Source of the DNA: Macrostomum lignano | Taxonomy: Eukaryota | Reading direction: 5' to 3' | Assembly: GCA_002269645.1 (NCBI GenBank) | Contig: NIVC01001917.1 | Coordinates: 62,001 to 126,000, forward strand | DNA: 64,000 nt | Shown: one piece after another, positions 12,201 to 23,313 of the stretch | Layout of the letters: each line of letters starts with the position of its first letter | Position numbering within the stretch: the first letter of the stretch is position 1 | Notes under the pieces: generated by a model | What the model was told of the DNA's origin: nothing | Seen by the model: the letters and a program-made list of their open reading frames with translations, nothing else | The model's database searches: none | Position numbers and translations under genes: made by a program

Positions 12201-15200
12201 GAGCCGGCTGCAATACCTGCCGATCAAAGCCTGCTGAAACCCCGACGACGCCTGACTTTGCCGCTTCGGCGACTGGGGCGGAGAATTTTCCGGCTGAGAT
12301 TTTCGATGATCAAAGGAAGCCGCCACAGAACTATGGCGCTTCGGCGACTGGGGCGGCGATTGGCGAATATCAAAGGAAGCCGCCACAGGACTGCGTCGCT
12401 TCGGCGACTGGGGCGGCGATCGGCGAAGATCAAAGGAAGCCGCCACAGGACTGCGTCGCTTCGGCGACTGGGGCGGCGATCGGCGAATATCAAAGGAAGC
12501 CGCCACAGGACTGCGTCGCTTCGGCGACTGGGGCGGCGATCGGCGAATATCAAAGGAAGCCGCCACAGGACTGCGTCGCTTCGGCGACTGGGGCGGCGAT
12601 CGGCGAATATCAAAGGAAGCCGCCACAGGACTGCGTCGCTTCGGCGACTGGGGCGGCGATCGGCGAATATCAAAGGAAGCCGCCACAGGACTGCGTCGCT
12701 TCGGCGACTGGGGCGGCGATCGGCGAAGATCAAAGGAAGCCGCCACAGGACTGCGTCGCTTCGGCGGCGGTGACGGCGTCTTAGACGGGGCCGGCTGCGA
12801 TTGTTGGCGCTCAAAGAACGCCGCCGTAGCCGAACGATGCTGATGCTGATGATGAAGCTCGTCAGACTCGGATTCAGTTGATTGAAGTTGATTTGATAAT
12901 TGCTCATCACTCTTCGATTCCTTCTCGTAGTCTTCGGAGTCCAGATGGCCCAGACTTCTGGCTCTGCAGATCAGCGTTGTGAAGTTTGTAAGTTAATCAG
13001 TTGCAGGAGGCTTCAGTCGACCCGCGGCCAGCGAGGATGCAAGCAGTCACGCTCACACAGGGTGTACAGGGACCTTGACTTTCTTGAGGGTGGGCCTTCA
13101 CGCGCGCGAATCGCACGACCAGGTCCCAGGAAAATGTCTGTACACGAAGCCCTCAAATTAATGTGGCTCACCTCTCCTTGAGCGCTCGCCCGATTGATTT
13201 ATTGCGCGACCTGGCCGCCTCCATTGCCTGCTGGGTTTCCCGACGGTTCTCGGCGGCCTCTTGCTCTTCTAGCAGGCCGAGGCGCTGCAGTGCGCCAGAG
13301 TTTTGCAGCGTCTGGCGGCGCCGCTCCTTCCAGCAGTTTAGCGACTGCGGTTCGAGCGCATGGGAGATGTATCAGGGGCGATTCTCGGTGTGTTTCAGGG
13401 GCGATTCTCGGTGTGTTTCAGGGGCGATTGTCGGTGTGTTTCAGGGCGATTGTCGGTGTGTTTCAGAGGAGATTGTCCGTGTGTTTCAGGGCGATTGTCG
13501 GTGTGTTTCAGGGGAGATTGTCGGTGTGTTTCAGGGGAGATTTTCGGTGTGTTTCAGAGGAGATTGTCGGTGTGTTTCAGGGGAGATTGTCGGTGTGTTT
13601 CAGAGGAGATTGTCGGTGTGTTTCAGGGGAGATTGTCGGTGTGTTTCAGGGGAGATTTTCGGTGTGTTTCAGAGGAGATTGTCGGTGTGTTTCAGGGGAG
13701 ATTGTCGGTGTGTTTCAGAGGAGATTGTCGGTGTGTTTCAGGGCGATTGTCGGTGTGTTTCAGGGCGATTGTCGGTGTGTTTCAGGGCGATTGTCGGTGT
13801 ATTTCAGGGGAGATTGTCGATGTTTCAGGGGAGATTCTCTGTGTGTTTCAGGGCGATTGTCGGTGTATTTCAGGGCAGATTCTCGGTGTGTTTCGGGGGC
13901 GATTCTCGGTGTTTCAGGGGGCGATTCTCGGTGTTTCAGGGGAGATTCTCGGTGTGTTTCGGGGACGATTCTCGGTGTGTTTCAGGGGGCGATTATTGAG
14001 CTTTTTGGCAGAAAAGATTAGTGATTTATACCAGCAATTGATAGCATGTCAACTCTACTAGTATTGCAAGAAAAATCCCAACACTTCTACCGAAATCCAC
14101 GCGTCTCCGTCGGCATCGCTGGAAGCTTCAGCGGCGGCTGCCTTTGCCGCGGCAGTCTCAGCCAACTCCTCTTTATTCCGTTGAATAGCCTGAATCTGAT
14201 GCCTGGCCGTCTGGACCAGCTTGTTGCCTTCCGGCTTGACAAACTGTAACGGATTGGCGTTAGACGCGGCAGCTGACGTTCGGACGGATTGGGTCAGTTG
14301 GACCGCTGGAGGGGCGTCGCTAGTTAAGGATTCTCTTTTCCCGGAACCCGCGCTGGAGGGTCGGCTGCCTCCACCTCCGCCGCCACCGCCAAGCACAGCC
14401 ATGAGGGCGGACAGTTCAAGACGCGGAGTTGATGGCCGCAAGTCTACGAACCGGTGCAGTCGTAGCAGGCAGGTGAGAATCTGTCAAATAAAATGGGGTT
14501 CTGTGTCAGGAATGGGATTCTGTGTCAGGAATGGGATTCTGTGTCAGGAATGGGATTCTGTGTCAGGAATGGGATTCTGTGTCAGGAATGGGATTCTGTG
14601 TCAGGAATGGGATTCTGTGTCAGGAATGGGATTCTGTGTCAGGAATGGGATTCTGTGTCAGGAATGGGATTTTGTGTCAGGAATGGGATTCTGTGTCAGG
14701 AATGGGATTCTGTGTCAGGAATGGGATTCTGTGTCAGGAATGGGATTCTGTGTCAGGAATGGGATTCTGTGTCAGGAATGGGATTCTGTGTCAGGAATGG
14801 GATTCTGTGTCAGGAATGGGATTTTGTGTCAGGAATGGGATTCTGTGTCAGGATGGGATTCTGTATCAGAAATGAGAATTCGAAGGTCAGAAATGGTATT
14901 CTGTGTCAGGAATGGGATTCTGTGTCAGGATGGGAATTTTGTGTCAGGAATGGGATTCTGTGTCAGGAATGGGAATTCGAGGGTCAGAAATGGGATTCTG
15001 TGTCAGGAATGGGATTCTGTGTCAGGAATGGGAATTCTGTGTCAGGAATGGGAATTCTGTGTCAGGAATGGGATTCTGTGTCAGAAATGGGATTGTGTCA
15101 GCAACGGGAATTGGAGTGTCAGAAATGTAATTCTGTGTCAGGAATGGGATTTTGTGTCCGGAATTGTATTCAGGATCCAGGATAGGAAATGGGGATTTAA

Positions 15201-18200
15201 GATAATAGGAATTTCCATTTTCAAAATACAATGCACACCTTTTTGCAGCGCCTTTCATCTTCGTAGACTGCGTCCTCTCTGCAGTGCCAAGAAGTATTAA
15301 CACAAAAATAGGGTACAGATAAAAACGGTTAAAGTACTATAAGTAGTTGCGCAGTTTAACAAGCACGTACGGATTGTATTTTTCTGACAGATCTTCGACA
15401 ACATCAGTCACATCGAACATGGACAATTTTGGCACGTTAAACACCTGATCGCAGGTCTGTATGAACAGGGCCAGGTTGTCCTGAAATCATCATTATTTTT
15501 TGAGTTAAATTTCTATTTTTATCTGCTCTAGGATTTACATGCAATTAAAATGCAACTGATTTAAATGACGTTCCGTTTGTGGCTCCAGAAATCGCTTTAG
15601 AAATCCTAGCCTACCTCACAGCGGTGGATGAACCCTCCGATATGTAGCGTAATTAATTTCATAACAGTAAGAAAGTACAGAGGACTCCGACTCAAAACAG
15701 TAAGTAAATGCTTTTCGCCTAGCAGCTAAATTTTTTTCGCCCACGGATTAATTGCACACCTTACTAATAGTAAGGTTCATTTTTGTATATACTCGTAGAA
15801 GAACTCGTAGAAGGGGTTGTAGCCTAGTAGGGGTTGTAGCCTAGTAGGGGTTGTAGCCTAATATGGGTTGTAGCCTAATAGGGGTTGTAGCCTAGTAGGG
15901 GTTGTAGCCTAGTAGGGGTTGTAGCCTAGTATGGGTTGTAGCCTAATATGGGTTGTAGCCTAATATGGGTTGTAGCCTAATATGGGTTGTAGCCTAGTAG
16001 GGGTTGTAGCCTAATATGGGTTGTAGCCTAGTAGGGGTTGTAGCCTAGTAGGGGTTGTAGCCTAGTATGGGTTGTAGCCTAGTAGGGGTTGTAGCCTAAT
16101 ATGGGTTGTAGCCTAATATGGGTTGTAGCCTAGTAGGGGTTGTAGCCTAGTAGGGGTTCTAGCCTAGTGGTTAAAGCGTCGGCTTCACGAATTGAAGGTC
16201 AGGGGTTCGATTCCCGACCCAATCGAAATAATCTTTGTCCTTGAGCAAGACACTTAACTCTGCATTGCTTCAGTTCACCCAGCTGTAAAATGGGTGCCAG
16301 CATTAGCTGGGGTAATTGAGGCTGTATGGAGACCCCTTGGATTATACAGCCGTACGCAGCCTTCAGATGCGCCGCACATTTGCTGCGGCTGAGCTTTCGG
16401 TTGCACATCTGCTTACATGGGCAGGTGTTATCAATTATTATTATTATCCTAGAAGAAAATGTTAAGTATCAGATTAAACATGCCTTTTGAGGGAGTTATT
16501 TGTATAAATCACGAGGGCCTGAGGCCCGAGGGATTTATGAAAATAACTCCCGAAAAAGGCATGAGTAATCTCATATAAACCATAGACATAAGACTTTACG
16601 GGATATTATTGAATATTACCAAATAAAATCCCGGAGAACGCAAATATTGTCACGGAAAGTCTTTATTTCTATGGATTATAGATGTTATAAGTAATAGTTT
16701 ATCTTAAAATAGTCAACTCTATATTTATAGTAAGTGAATCCAAGTTTCCTTTCTAGAATTTTCTATAACAGACTTTTAATTATATATCTATGGTCTCCGA
16801 ATCCTAACCTGTAGTACAGCTAAGTTTTGTTTGAGCTGCGCCAGAGCTAAATTCCATGTTAACCTTCTTTTGCTATCTTTCTCAAGACTCTAAATAAACG
16901 CCTACTTATCACAATTAAATAAAGACTTTCTTAATAGAAAATTCATAACTCTGAAATTACATTTGACACGCTAGGCATCCCTGTCAGTTTTTTTCTAATT
17001 TGGCGAAAATGATGGGACCACCATGGAATACTGAATACCCTAAGATGGTTTACTCAGCACTATCTTTGGGCTAATTTGACTTGCTACTTCTGTTTCCAAT
17101 GGTATAAGCGCATACGTATTTGCATTATTTTTTGTCTTGAAATGAAAATATTTGGAGAAAATAATTGTTAGCAGGTTGTGTCAACTTTGACGAATTAAAA
17201 ATTCATTTTATCTATGGCCAAACTTTGCAGTGGCTCAAAATTCACTAGTGAAGCTAGTTGAATAAATAAATATTGCTTTTTACGCTCATGCTACTGAACA
17301 GAGTAGTTTTGCTAAATATAGTTTAGTATCTGTGGGGACCACTACCTGTCATTGAGACTAATTTACTTAAGAGCCAAGATTCAAGCGCGTTGGAGATTCA
17401 ATTTCGTGGAACAAGCGGAGGGGGGGGGCGGAGAGCGGAAGAAGATCCAATCCGACCAGAGTTCTGGTCGCCAATGGATACCAACAATTCATCTAAAATT
17501 GTACCGCATATAATTAAATGCATGCCTTGGCTCAACTATTCTGTAATAAAAAAGCAAAGCATTTTCTCATTATAAAATCGTAGAAATTAACAAAAAGAAA
17601 AGTTAGATTGGTTGTTATATAAGTCCAGTTAAGAACTGTAAAGAGTTATAATGTAACAACTGATTGCACTCTTCCAAAACGGTGAAAACGGTACTTATAT
17701 TAAGTACTAATAAAGTACACTAAGTTAGCAGTAGTACTAGCACTGATCCTATTTGCTAAAAAGTTATTGTTTTAAAACTTTTGTATTGAGCCACAGCAAT
17801 AATAAAAATCAATCATTATTGACAAAGAAAGCAGTTCTGAGACTTTTGTCAATAACAGAGAACTTCTTACCCTGATGCCGCGCACTGCTGCAGAACATTA
17901 TTAAATATAAATTAATGAATTTGTCAACTTGCCAAAATACATAAGAGATAAAGGCTCAGGAGTGAAAAAGGGTCAGGAGAGAAAAGGCTCAGGGGTCAGA
18001 GGGAAAAGGGGTCAGTCAGGGGGTCAGGAGAGAAAAGGCTCAGGGGTCAGAGGGAAAAGGGGTCAGTCAGGGGGTCAGGAGAGAAAAGGCTCGGGGGTCA
18101 GAGGGAAAAGGGGTCAGTCAGGGGGTCAGGAGAGAAAAGGGTCAGGGGGTCAGGAGAGAAAAGGGTCAGGGGTCAGAGGCAAAGGGGTCAGGAGAGAAAG

Positions 18201-20104
18201 TCTCAGGGGTCAGAGGGAAAAGGGGTCAGTCAGGAGGTCAGGAGAGAAAAGGCTCAGGGGTCAGAGGGAAAAGGGGTCAGTCAGGGGGTCAGGAGAGAAA
18301 AGGGTCAGGGGGTCAGGAGAGAAAAGGGTCAGGGGTCAGAGGCAAAGGGGTCAGGAGAGAAAGTCTCAGGGGTCAGAGGGAAAAGGGGTCAGTCAGGAGG
18401 TCAGGAGAGAAAAGGCTCAGGGGTCAGAGGGAAAAGGGGTCAGTCAGGGGGTCAGGAGAGAAAAGGGTCAGGGGGTCAGGAGAGAAAAGGGTCAGGGGTC
18501 AGAGGCAAAGGGGTCAGGAGAGAAAGTCTCAGGGGTCAGAGGGAAAAGGGGTCAGTCAGGAGGTCAGGAGAGAAAAGGCTCAGGGGTCAGAGGGAAAAGG
18601 GGTCAGTCAGGAGGTCAGGAGAGAAAAGTCTCAGGGGTCAGAGGGAAAAGGGGTCAGTCAGGGGGTCAGGAGAGAAAAGGCTCAGGGGTCAGAGGGAAAA
18701 GGGGTCAGTCAGGGGGTCAGGAGAGAAAAGGGTCAGGGGGTCAGGAGAGAAAAGGGTCAGGGGTCAGAGGCAAAGGGGTCAGGAGAGAAAGTCTCAGGGG
18801 TCAGAGGGAAAAGGGGTCAGTCAGGAGGTCAGGAGAGAAAAGGGTCAGGGGTCAGAGGGAAAAGGGGTCAGTCAGGAGGTCAGGAGAGAAAAGGCTCAGG
18901 GGTCAGAGGGAAAAGGGGTCAGTCAGGGGGTCAGGAGAGAAAAGGGTCAGGGGGTCAGGAGAGAAAAGGGTCAGGGGTCAGAGGCAAAGGGGTCAGGAGA
19001 GAAAGTCTCAGGGGTCAGAGGGAAAAGGGGTCAGGGGGTCAGGAGAGAAAAGGGTCAGGGTTCAGGAGAGAAAAGGGTCAGGGGTCAGGAAAGAAAAGGG
19101 TCAGGGGTCAGAGGCAAAGGGGTCAGGAGAGAAAAGGCTCAGGGGTCAGAGGGAAAAGGGGTCAGGGGGTCAGGAAAGAAAAGGGTCAGGGGTCAGAGGC
19201 AAAGGGGTCAGGAGAGAAAGTCTCAGGGGTCAGAGGGAAAAGGGGTCAGGGGGTCAGGAGAGAAAAGGGTCAGGGTTCAGGAGAGAAAAGGGTCAGGGGT
19301 CAGGAAAGAAAAGGGTCAGGGGTCAGAGGCAAAGGGGTCAGGAGAGAAAAGGCTCAGGGGTCAGAGGGAAAAGGGGTCAGGGGGTCAGGAGAAAAAAGGG
19401 TCAGAGGGTCAGAAGGGAAGTGTTAGAAACAAGAGAGGGGTCAGGATGCCAGACGGCAGAAGGTCAGAAAAGAATGTGTTGAAAAAGAGGGGGGGGGGGT
19501 GGCAAAAATGAAAATCGAATTTAAATCTGAGGAACCTGAGGAGTTGGATAATCAAAGTGGGGGGTGACAGGTGCCAGAGGTGAAGAGGGCCGAGAGGATT
19601 AGTATGGAAAAATGGATTTAATCCACATGCTGAAACATTAATAATTCTGTAGACAACAGCTCTAATTCTTATGCTACCATTTGCAGATTACGAAGTTAAA
19701 AAAGTTAACTCACCAAGCCGGCAATACGATTTTTCGATCGATTAATCTTCTTCACGCAGCCTGGGCGTAGAGCGTTCAATAGCCTGGATAAAATAAGGCA
19801 ATGCCTAATAGTTGTGAGGTTTGCGTGCGATGTTGCGCTTGACCGTGCTTGTGTTTGTTATCTTATATTCCTCCTATTTGGTCACGTGCTGTTTGTACAT
19901 GTGACACTGTACATTTTAACATTTTAACCTCAGATGCGTTCGCGATAGTAGGCCCGCAGGCAGCCAGGAGACAAGCAGTGATGCTCATTCCGCTGATCCC
20001 TGAGCACTCACTACTACTAATACTACTATTACTACTTCTAATACTACTATTACTACTTCTAATACTACTATTACTACTTCTAATACTACTATTACTACTT
20101 CGAA

Positions 20105-20137
<33 letters not shown>

Positions 20138-20415
20138 CCCTGATAATAACTAGGCGAATATTTCTATTCGAATCGAACTCACTCGCACAGCTGCACGCCG
20201 TCGCTAAGCAACCGGCGGAACAGACCAGGCGGGTAGGCCGCGTCTGGTTGCTGCGGCCTGCCATTGAGGCGCGTCCCAGTTGAGCGCTCAATCCAAGTTA
20301 GCGCGTCGGCCAGTGCGCGCCTATAGGCGCTCTCGTATTGGCGCTCGCGGGTGCTCTTCGGCGGAGCCCAGCTGCCGCTAATCAATTCCGCTTCCTCATC
20401 GATAGTCGTAGTCAT
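6244..20415 (-). CDS. LIMCH1: LIMCH1/LMO7-like protein (N-terminal CH domain, low-complexity middle, C-terminal LIM), 12 exons
   Basis: Exons (minus): 20415-20183, 19783-19714, 15480-15371, 15278-15239, 14480-14091, 13344-13172, 12963-11935, 11357-11307, 9606-9499, 9411-9290, 8935-8601, 6440-6244. All GT-AG and phase-compatible except one 1-nt frameshift near 12230. CH: ALTWIERST...LLSDGVQLCELLNALRPGCVKKINR...DNLALFIQTC...ERRCKKILTCLLRL. AWISSLNCWKERRR motif. LIM: [40 protein letters not shown]...GADVRVRRDRLHCPAC. No PDZ exon found. Confidence 0.88.
6630..8535. repeat. 21-bp intronic minisatellite (atccattcattacaa(g/t)atcta), ~90 copies
   Basis: Fills most of the last LIMCH1 intron; source of the spurious NGLDLVM and CNEWIRS ORFs. 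Confidence 0.95.
8966..9089 (+). mobile_element. Internally deleted copy of the CORE-type SINE seen at 16140
   Basis: Head (ggggattgtagcctagtggtcagagcgtcgg) and tail (gctgcggctgagct.tcggttgcacatctg...gggcaggtgt.atcaattattatt) match 16140-16447; the middle is absent. Confidence 0.8.
9095..9240 (-). mobile_element. Fragment of second SINE family (same as 60307 and 61857)
   Basis: Reverse complement ggccgctgtacaccctgtgtgagcgagtgc...gcgcgcttg...ggagtcagcggaatgggcag aligns with 62035-62150. Shorter pieces at ~13045-13075 (-) and ~51695-51790 (+). Confidence 0.7.
10210..11120. repeat. 23-bp intronic minisatellite (accccgattgcagtttcacaaag)
   Basis: Direct reading, ~39 copies. Confidence 0.95.
11415..11815. 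repeat. ~15-bp intronic minisatellite (gggatatgaaatttg)
   Basis: Direct reading. Confidence 0.9.
12255..12775 (-). repeat. Coding 60-bp tandem repeat (20-aa RRSPPQSPKRRSPVAASFD[I/L]), ~8 copies, inside LIMCH1 exon 7
   Basis: In frame with the exon start at 12963; period divisible by 3; no stops. Confidence 0.8.
13375..13990. repeat. 22-23-bp intronic minisatellite (ggagattgtcggtgtgtttcagg)
   Basis: Direct reading; lies between LIMCH1 exons 5 and 6. Confidence 0.9.
14500..15165. repeat. 19-bp intronic minisatellite (gaatgggattctgtgtcag)
   Basis: Direct reading; lies between LIMCH1 exons 4 and 5. Confidence 0.95.
15813..16160. repeat. 17-bp minisatellite (ggggttgtagcctagta) derived from the 5' head of the adjacent SINE
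   Basis: The array runs directly into ggggttctagcctagtggttaaagcgtcgg. Confidence 0.9.
16140..16447 (+). mobile_element. tRNA-derived SINE with CORE-like central domain and (TTA)n tail
   Basis: A box TAGCCTAGTGG and B box GGTTCGATTCC. Middle ccttgagcaagacacttaactc...cttcagttcacccagctgtaaaatggg resembles the MIR CORE consensus as remembered (CCTTGGGCAAGTCACTTAACCTC...CTCAGTTTCCTCATCTGTAAAATGGG). Tail attattattattat. Confidence 0.85.
16471..16680. other. Double imperfect hairpin, MITE-like
   Basis: Arms 16471-16510 / 16532-16571 around gggcctgaggccc. Second pair tataaaccatagacataagactttacg (16574) / ggaaagtctttatttctatggattata (to 16680). Confidence 0.6.
17965..19435. repeat. Complex G/A-rich minisatellite (ggggtcaggagagaaaa-type subunits) in LIMCH1 intron 2
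   Basis: Direct reading; source of the 517-aa ORF. Confidence 0.9.
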
Positions 20416-20644
20416 CGAGTTTATTTTATTACCCTAATTTCTTTGCCTTGCTTCGGAAGGATGCTTGTATTTTCTACTTAGATCGGTTGGATTCGAAAGC
20501 CAACCCTGGGCAGTTCGGAAAATGGATTTTAGAACTGAAAAACAAAAGCGAAAAACTTAATGTAAGCTTAATTTGCATTACTTATTGACCCTCTATTATA
20601 TATATACATATCTATCTATACCTTCTTAAGATACCTATTTTATA

Positions 20645-21260
20645 TTGAGGGGAATCTGAGGAGATGGAAAATCTAAAAAGCTGGGGAATGAGAGGCGCTG
20701 AGGAATCTAAGGAGCTGGGGAATTTGAAGAGCTGGGGAATCTGAGGAGCTGGGGAATATGAGGAGATGGAGAATCTGAGGAGCTGGGGAAGCTGAGGAGC
20801 TGGGGAATATGAGGAGATGGAGAATCTGAGGAGCTGGGGAAGCTGAGGAGCTGGGGAAGCTGAGGAGCTGGAGAAGCTGAGGTGCTTGGGAATCTGAGAA
20901 GCTGGGCAATCTGTGGAGTTTGGGAACCTGAGGAACTGGGGAATCTGATGGGGAACCTGAGGAACTGGGGAATCTGATGGGGAACCTGAGGAACTGGGGA
21001 ATCTGATGGGGAACCTGAAGAACTGGGGAATCTGAGAGGGAACCTGAGGAACTGGGGAATCTGAGAGGGAACCTGAGGAACTGGGGAATCTGATGGGAAA
21101 CCTGAGGAACTGGGGAATCTGATGGGAAACCTGAGGAACTGGGGAATCTGATGGAGAACCTGAGGAACTGGGGAATCTGATAGGGAACCTGAGGATTGAG
21201 GAACTGGGGAATCTGATAGGGAACCTGAGGATTGAGGAACTGGGGAATCTGAGAATCTAA
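20645..21260. repeat. G-rich minisatellites between LIMCH1 and SENP8 (degenerate ~20-bp array, then 28-bp gggaacctgaggaactggggaatctgat)
   Basis: Direct reading. Confidence 0.85.
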
Positions 21261-21529
21261 GAAAATGAGAACAAGAATTATGAGAATGTAGGGAGGTAGC
21301 TCACTTTAAATGATAACGTTATGTCAGCCAAAAATGCCATGTGTTGAAGGCAATGCAATTTTAAAAAACAATAGCAAGCATTAAGAAAGATCCTTTTGAC
21401 ACAAAATCAGAAAATGCATTTCAAGTTAAATTTCCGGCTAGCATTTTAAATAAAAACTAGATATTAATAGTTCTACAATGAAGGACAGATTGATTATTCT
21501 CGTAAGCTTATCTGTATCTGTACTGATGA

Positions 21530-21830
21530 ATCGCCGATCTGTACGGATAAATCGCGTATCTGTACTCATGAATCGCCGATCTGTACTCATGAATCGCCTA
21601 TCTGTACTCATGAATCGCCGATCTGTACTCATGAGTCGCCGATCTGTACTCATGAATCGCCTATTTGTACTCATGAATCGCCTATTTGTACTCATGAGTC
21701 GCCGATCTGTACTCATGAATCGCCTATTTGTACATATAAATCGCCTATTTGTACTCATGAATCGCCTATTTGTACTCATGAATCGCCTATTTGTACTCAT
21801 GAGTCGCCGATCTGTACACATAAACAATCG
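21530..21830. repeat. 21-bp minisatellite (atgaatcgcc(g/t)atctgtactc) just 3' of the SENP8 stop
   Basis: Direct reading. Confidence 0.9.
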
Positions 21831-21898
21831 ATCTACTCCGATAACAATATCGCCAATGACCCCAACCATAAGCCAGACAGGTTCTCAATCTCAACCAG

Positions 21899-23313
21899 CT
21901 AATCCTTATACACCGGCCTATCAGCAGCCAACTGCTCGATCAATCGCCGATATCTCGCCCGCAGCTCACGGACAGCCTCGCTGGCTCGACCGTCGCCGCC
22001 GGCCGACATCAACGGCCAATCGTCCGGGCTGGAGGCGTCGACCAGCTGTTCAGCGTACAGCAGAACGAATGCGCCGCAGTCGGAGCTGTTGGCCTGCCTA
22101 GCGCAGCCGGCCGCCTCTCGGACAGTCGGCAATGCGATTGGACAGTCGCACAGGGCCGGGTGCAGAGCGGCGGCCAGGTCAGCAGCCGAGTGCCGATTGT
22201 TGCCGGACAGGCTGTCGAAATGCAGAGCGTCAACAATTCTACAGGCTCCGTTGGTGGCGTTGCAATTGGCAACGTAGCGGATGGCCAGCAGAGACCAGTG
22301 AGTGCCGCCTGGCTGGTCGGGCGAATCGCTGTCGCTAACCACGCCTAGGAGGCCTCTAGTGTTGGACGAGCCTGCGGCTGTTTTAAATAATAGCGCGTGT
22401 ACTTTACAGTGACTAGGCTGGGTACTCCGAAATTCACAACTTCTCAAACTTCACAACCCCCAAATTCACAACCCCCAAAACTTCACAAACCCGTAAATTC
22501 ACAAAGGCCTTAATTCACAAACCCGTAAATTCACAAAGGCCTTAATTCACAAACCCGTAAATTCACAAAGGCCTTAATTCACAAACCGGTAAATTCACAA
22601 AGGCCTTAATTCACAAACCCGTAAATTCACAAAGGCCTTAATTCACAAACCCGTAAATTCACAAAGGCCTTAATTCACAAACCGGTAAATTCACAAAGGC
22701 CTTAATTCACAAACCCGTAAATTCATAAACCCGTAAATTCACAAAGGCCTTAATTCACAAACCCGTAAATTCATAAACCCGTAAATTCACAAAGGCCTTA
22801 ATTCACAACCCCGTAAATTCATAAAGCCGTAAATTCACAAACCCGTAAATTCACAACCCCCTAAATTTCAAACCTATAAATTCACAAACCTCTAAGTTCA
22901 CAACCCCCAAAATTCACAAACCACAAAATTCACAACCTCCAAAACTCTCCAACCCCTAAAACTCACAATATGTGAAGTGAATTAACTAGATGTCAAGACA
23001 AAAATACAGATGAATCGATACAAAACGATAGCATTGAATTCAGGCTTGTATTAGCAAGCAACTCACAAGCTCTAAGATCTCGCTGAGCCAGCAGTTCAAC
23101 CGCCTGTCCAGTAAGTTTAACAGCCTGGCACACAGTGGGATCTAACAGAGTGATCCGTTGAGTTCCATTACTGGATCCGCGACATTTGGTGCGATCAATA
23201 TATTCTAATGCAAAACTGATGATGTTGTCATTTAGCCACATGCCATCGTGCAATGTGTCATAATCAGATTGGGTGACAAGTGTGTCATAGTAGCTTACTA
23301 GCTGTCTTGGCAT
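21899..23313 (-). CDS. SENP8: SENP8/NEDP1 NEDD8-specific protease (Ulp1/C48 family), 2 exons
   Basis: Exon 1 23313-23067 (MPRQLVSYYDTLVTQSDYDTLHDGMWLNDNIISFALEY..., donor GTGAGT, phase 1). Exon 2 22377-21899. Catalytic motifs GGTHWSLL, HFDS and QANSSDCG are intact. Confidence 0.92.
22440..22965. repeat. 16/32-bp minisatellite (aattcacaaacccgta / aattcacaaaggcctt) in the SENP8 intron
   Basis: Direct reading. Confidence 0.9.

Noticed and set aside
16150-16222. Possible tRNA gene
   Set aside because: A and B boxes are present, but the sequence continues into a CORE-like body and (TTA)n tail, and a deleted sibling exists at 8966: SINE head.
17866-17910. Candidate LIMCH1 CH-domain exon with a GTAAG donor
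   Set aside because: Exons 19783-19714 and 15480-15371 join directly to give IAGL-DNLALF with no gap.
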